DNA of 64,000 nt from Ignavibacteria bacterium RIFOXYC2_FULL_35_21 (GTDB taxonomy: Bacteria > Bacteroidota > Ignavibacteria > Kapaibacteriales > UBA2268), in NCBI GenBank assembly GCA_001804705.1, contig MHAY01000002.1, positions 20,183 to 84,182 of the forward strand. The letters are read 5' to 3'. The notes under the pieces are model-generated. The model saw only the letters and a list, made by a program, of their open reading frames with translations. It made no database searches and was not told the origin of the DNA. Both the position numbers and the translations under genes were made by a program. Positions 63,685-64,000 of this stretch are shown piece by piece (the first letter of the stretch is position 1; each line of letters opens with the position of its first letter).

Positions 63685-64000
63685 TTATGACATTAGACTG
63701 CAAATTGATGCAACATTGATTATATCATCAGTACTGCATCCGCGTGATAAATCACAATATGGTTTCTTCAATCCCTGTACAATTGGTCCAACTGCTTCGG
63801 CACCAGCGAGCCTTTCTGTTAATTTATATCCAATATTCCCGGCATCCAGGTCAGGGAAAATTAATACGTTTGCTTTTCCTGCGACAGGAGAACCTTTGCA
63901 TTTTCGCTCGCCAATCGAAGCAATCAGAGCCGCATCAGCCTGCATTTCACCGTCAACCAATAAACCGGGTGCTTTATCTTTCAGAATTTTCGTAGCATTG
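63685..64000 (-). CDS. pta: Phosphate acetyltransferase, C-terminal part (gene continues beyond the window)
   Basis: ...GKANVLIFPDLDAGNIGYKLTERLAGAEAVGPIVQGLKKPYCDLSRGCSTDDIINV is the Pta C-terminus. The frame is open to the window end. Confidence 0.8.
   Translation of the reverse strand, partial: NATKILKDKAPGLLVDGEMQADAALIASIGERKCKGSPVAGKANVLIFPDLDAGNIGYKLTERLAGAEAVGPIVQGLKKPYCDLSRGCSTDDIINVASICSLMS

Noticed and set aside
63744-63995. An 83-aa + strand ORF at the window end.
   Set aside because: It is antisense to a clear Pta C-terminal coding region and has no recognisable motifs.
1-64000. Mobile elements, prophage, genomic-island borders, and tRNA or rRNA genes.
   Set aside because: No transposase, integrase, recombinase or phage structural ORFs are present in any frame. 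I saw no cloverleaf-like or rRNA-like sequence by eye in the longer gaps (10858-11245, 11564-12149, 13737-14189, 19060-19619, 27722-27888, 41506-41823, 53881-54227, 63454-63684). A tRNAscan or Rfam run would be needed to exclude small RNAs formally.

Overview
This is an AT-rich chromosomal segment. Gene content suggests a type-IX-secretion (T9SS) member of the FCB group, Ignavibacteria/Bacteroidota-like: a PorV-like protein, a GWxTD protein, a T9SS C-terminal sorting domain and ptb-buk. That placement is inference. All product calls come from reading motifs in the supplied translations; no searches were run.

I support about 50 CDS. By eye there are no rRNA or tRNA genes, no transposase or integrase, and no CRISPR array.

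Gene blocks, in window order:
- 1-4.5 kb: outer-membrane and LPS genes (PorV-like, GWxTD, LpxL-family acyltransferase, GT9 heptosyltransferase).
- 5.5-10.9 kb: nuoN-nuoM-nuoL on the minus strand.
- 11.2 kb: clpS.
- 12.1-19.1 kb: acidic protein, CheR-type methyltransferase, sigma-54 response regulator, PAS histidine kinase and a large TPR lipoprotein.
- 19.6-27.7 kb: glgA, ispE, ltaE, a thioesterase, an S1 protease and a GH3 hydrolase.
- 27.9-43.3 kb: an exopolysaccharide locus (rfbB, wecC-like, wecB, Wza-like, Wzi-like, several GT2 genes, a WbaP-like priming transferase and a GT2 fused to a dead priming-transferase domain), with accA and a NUDIX gene embedded.
- 43.4-48.3 kb: a 1622-aa T9SS-secreted S8 peptidase.
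- 48.4-50.5 kb: a monocistronic TIR-like / PLP-enzyme fusion gene.
- 50.6-53.9 kb: a four-gene c-type cytochrome cluster (hexaheme lipoprotein, a Cyc2-like fused monoheme cytochrome-porin, two monoheme cytochromes).
- 54.2-64 kb: a secreted protein, PfkB kinase, ddl, family-4 UDG, buk, ptb, an MIO ammonia-lyase, a stand-alone class-II aaRS-like catalytic core and a partial pta.

The two strongest candidates for something new are the TIR-like/PLP fusion and the Cyc2-like porin-cytochrome cluster next to it.

A second theme is the non-coding DNA. Almost every intergenic gap holds 7-nt-period AT-rich microsatellites plus a mosaic of at least 10 short palindromic REP-like families. Several of these palindromes sit in frame inside coding sequences.
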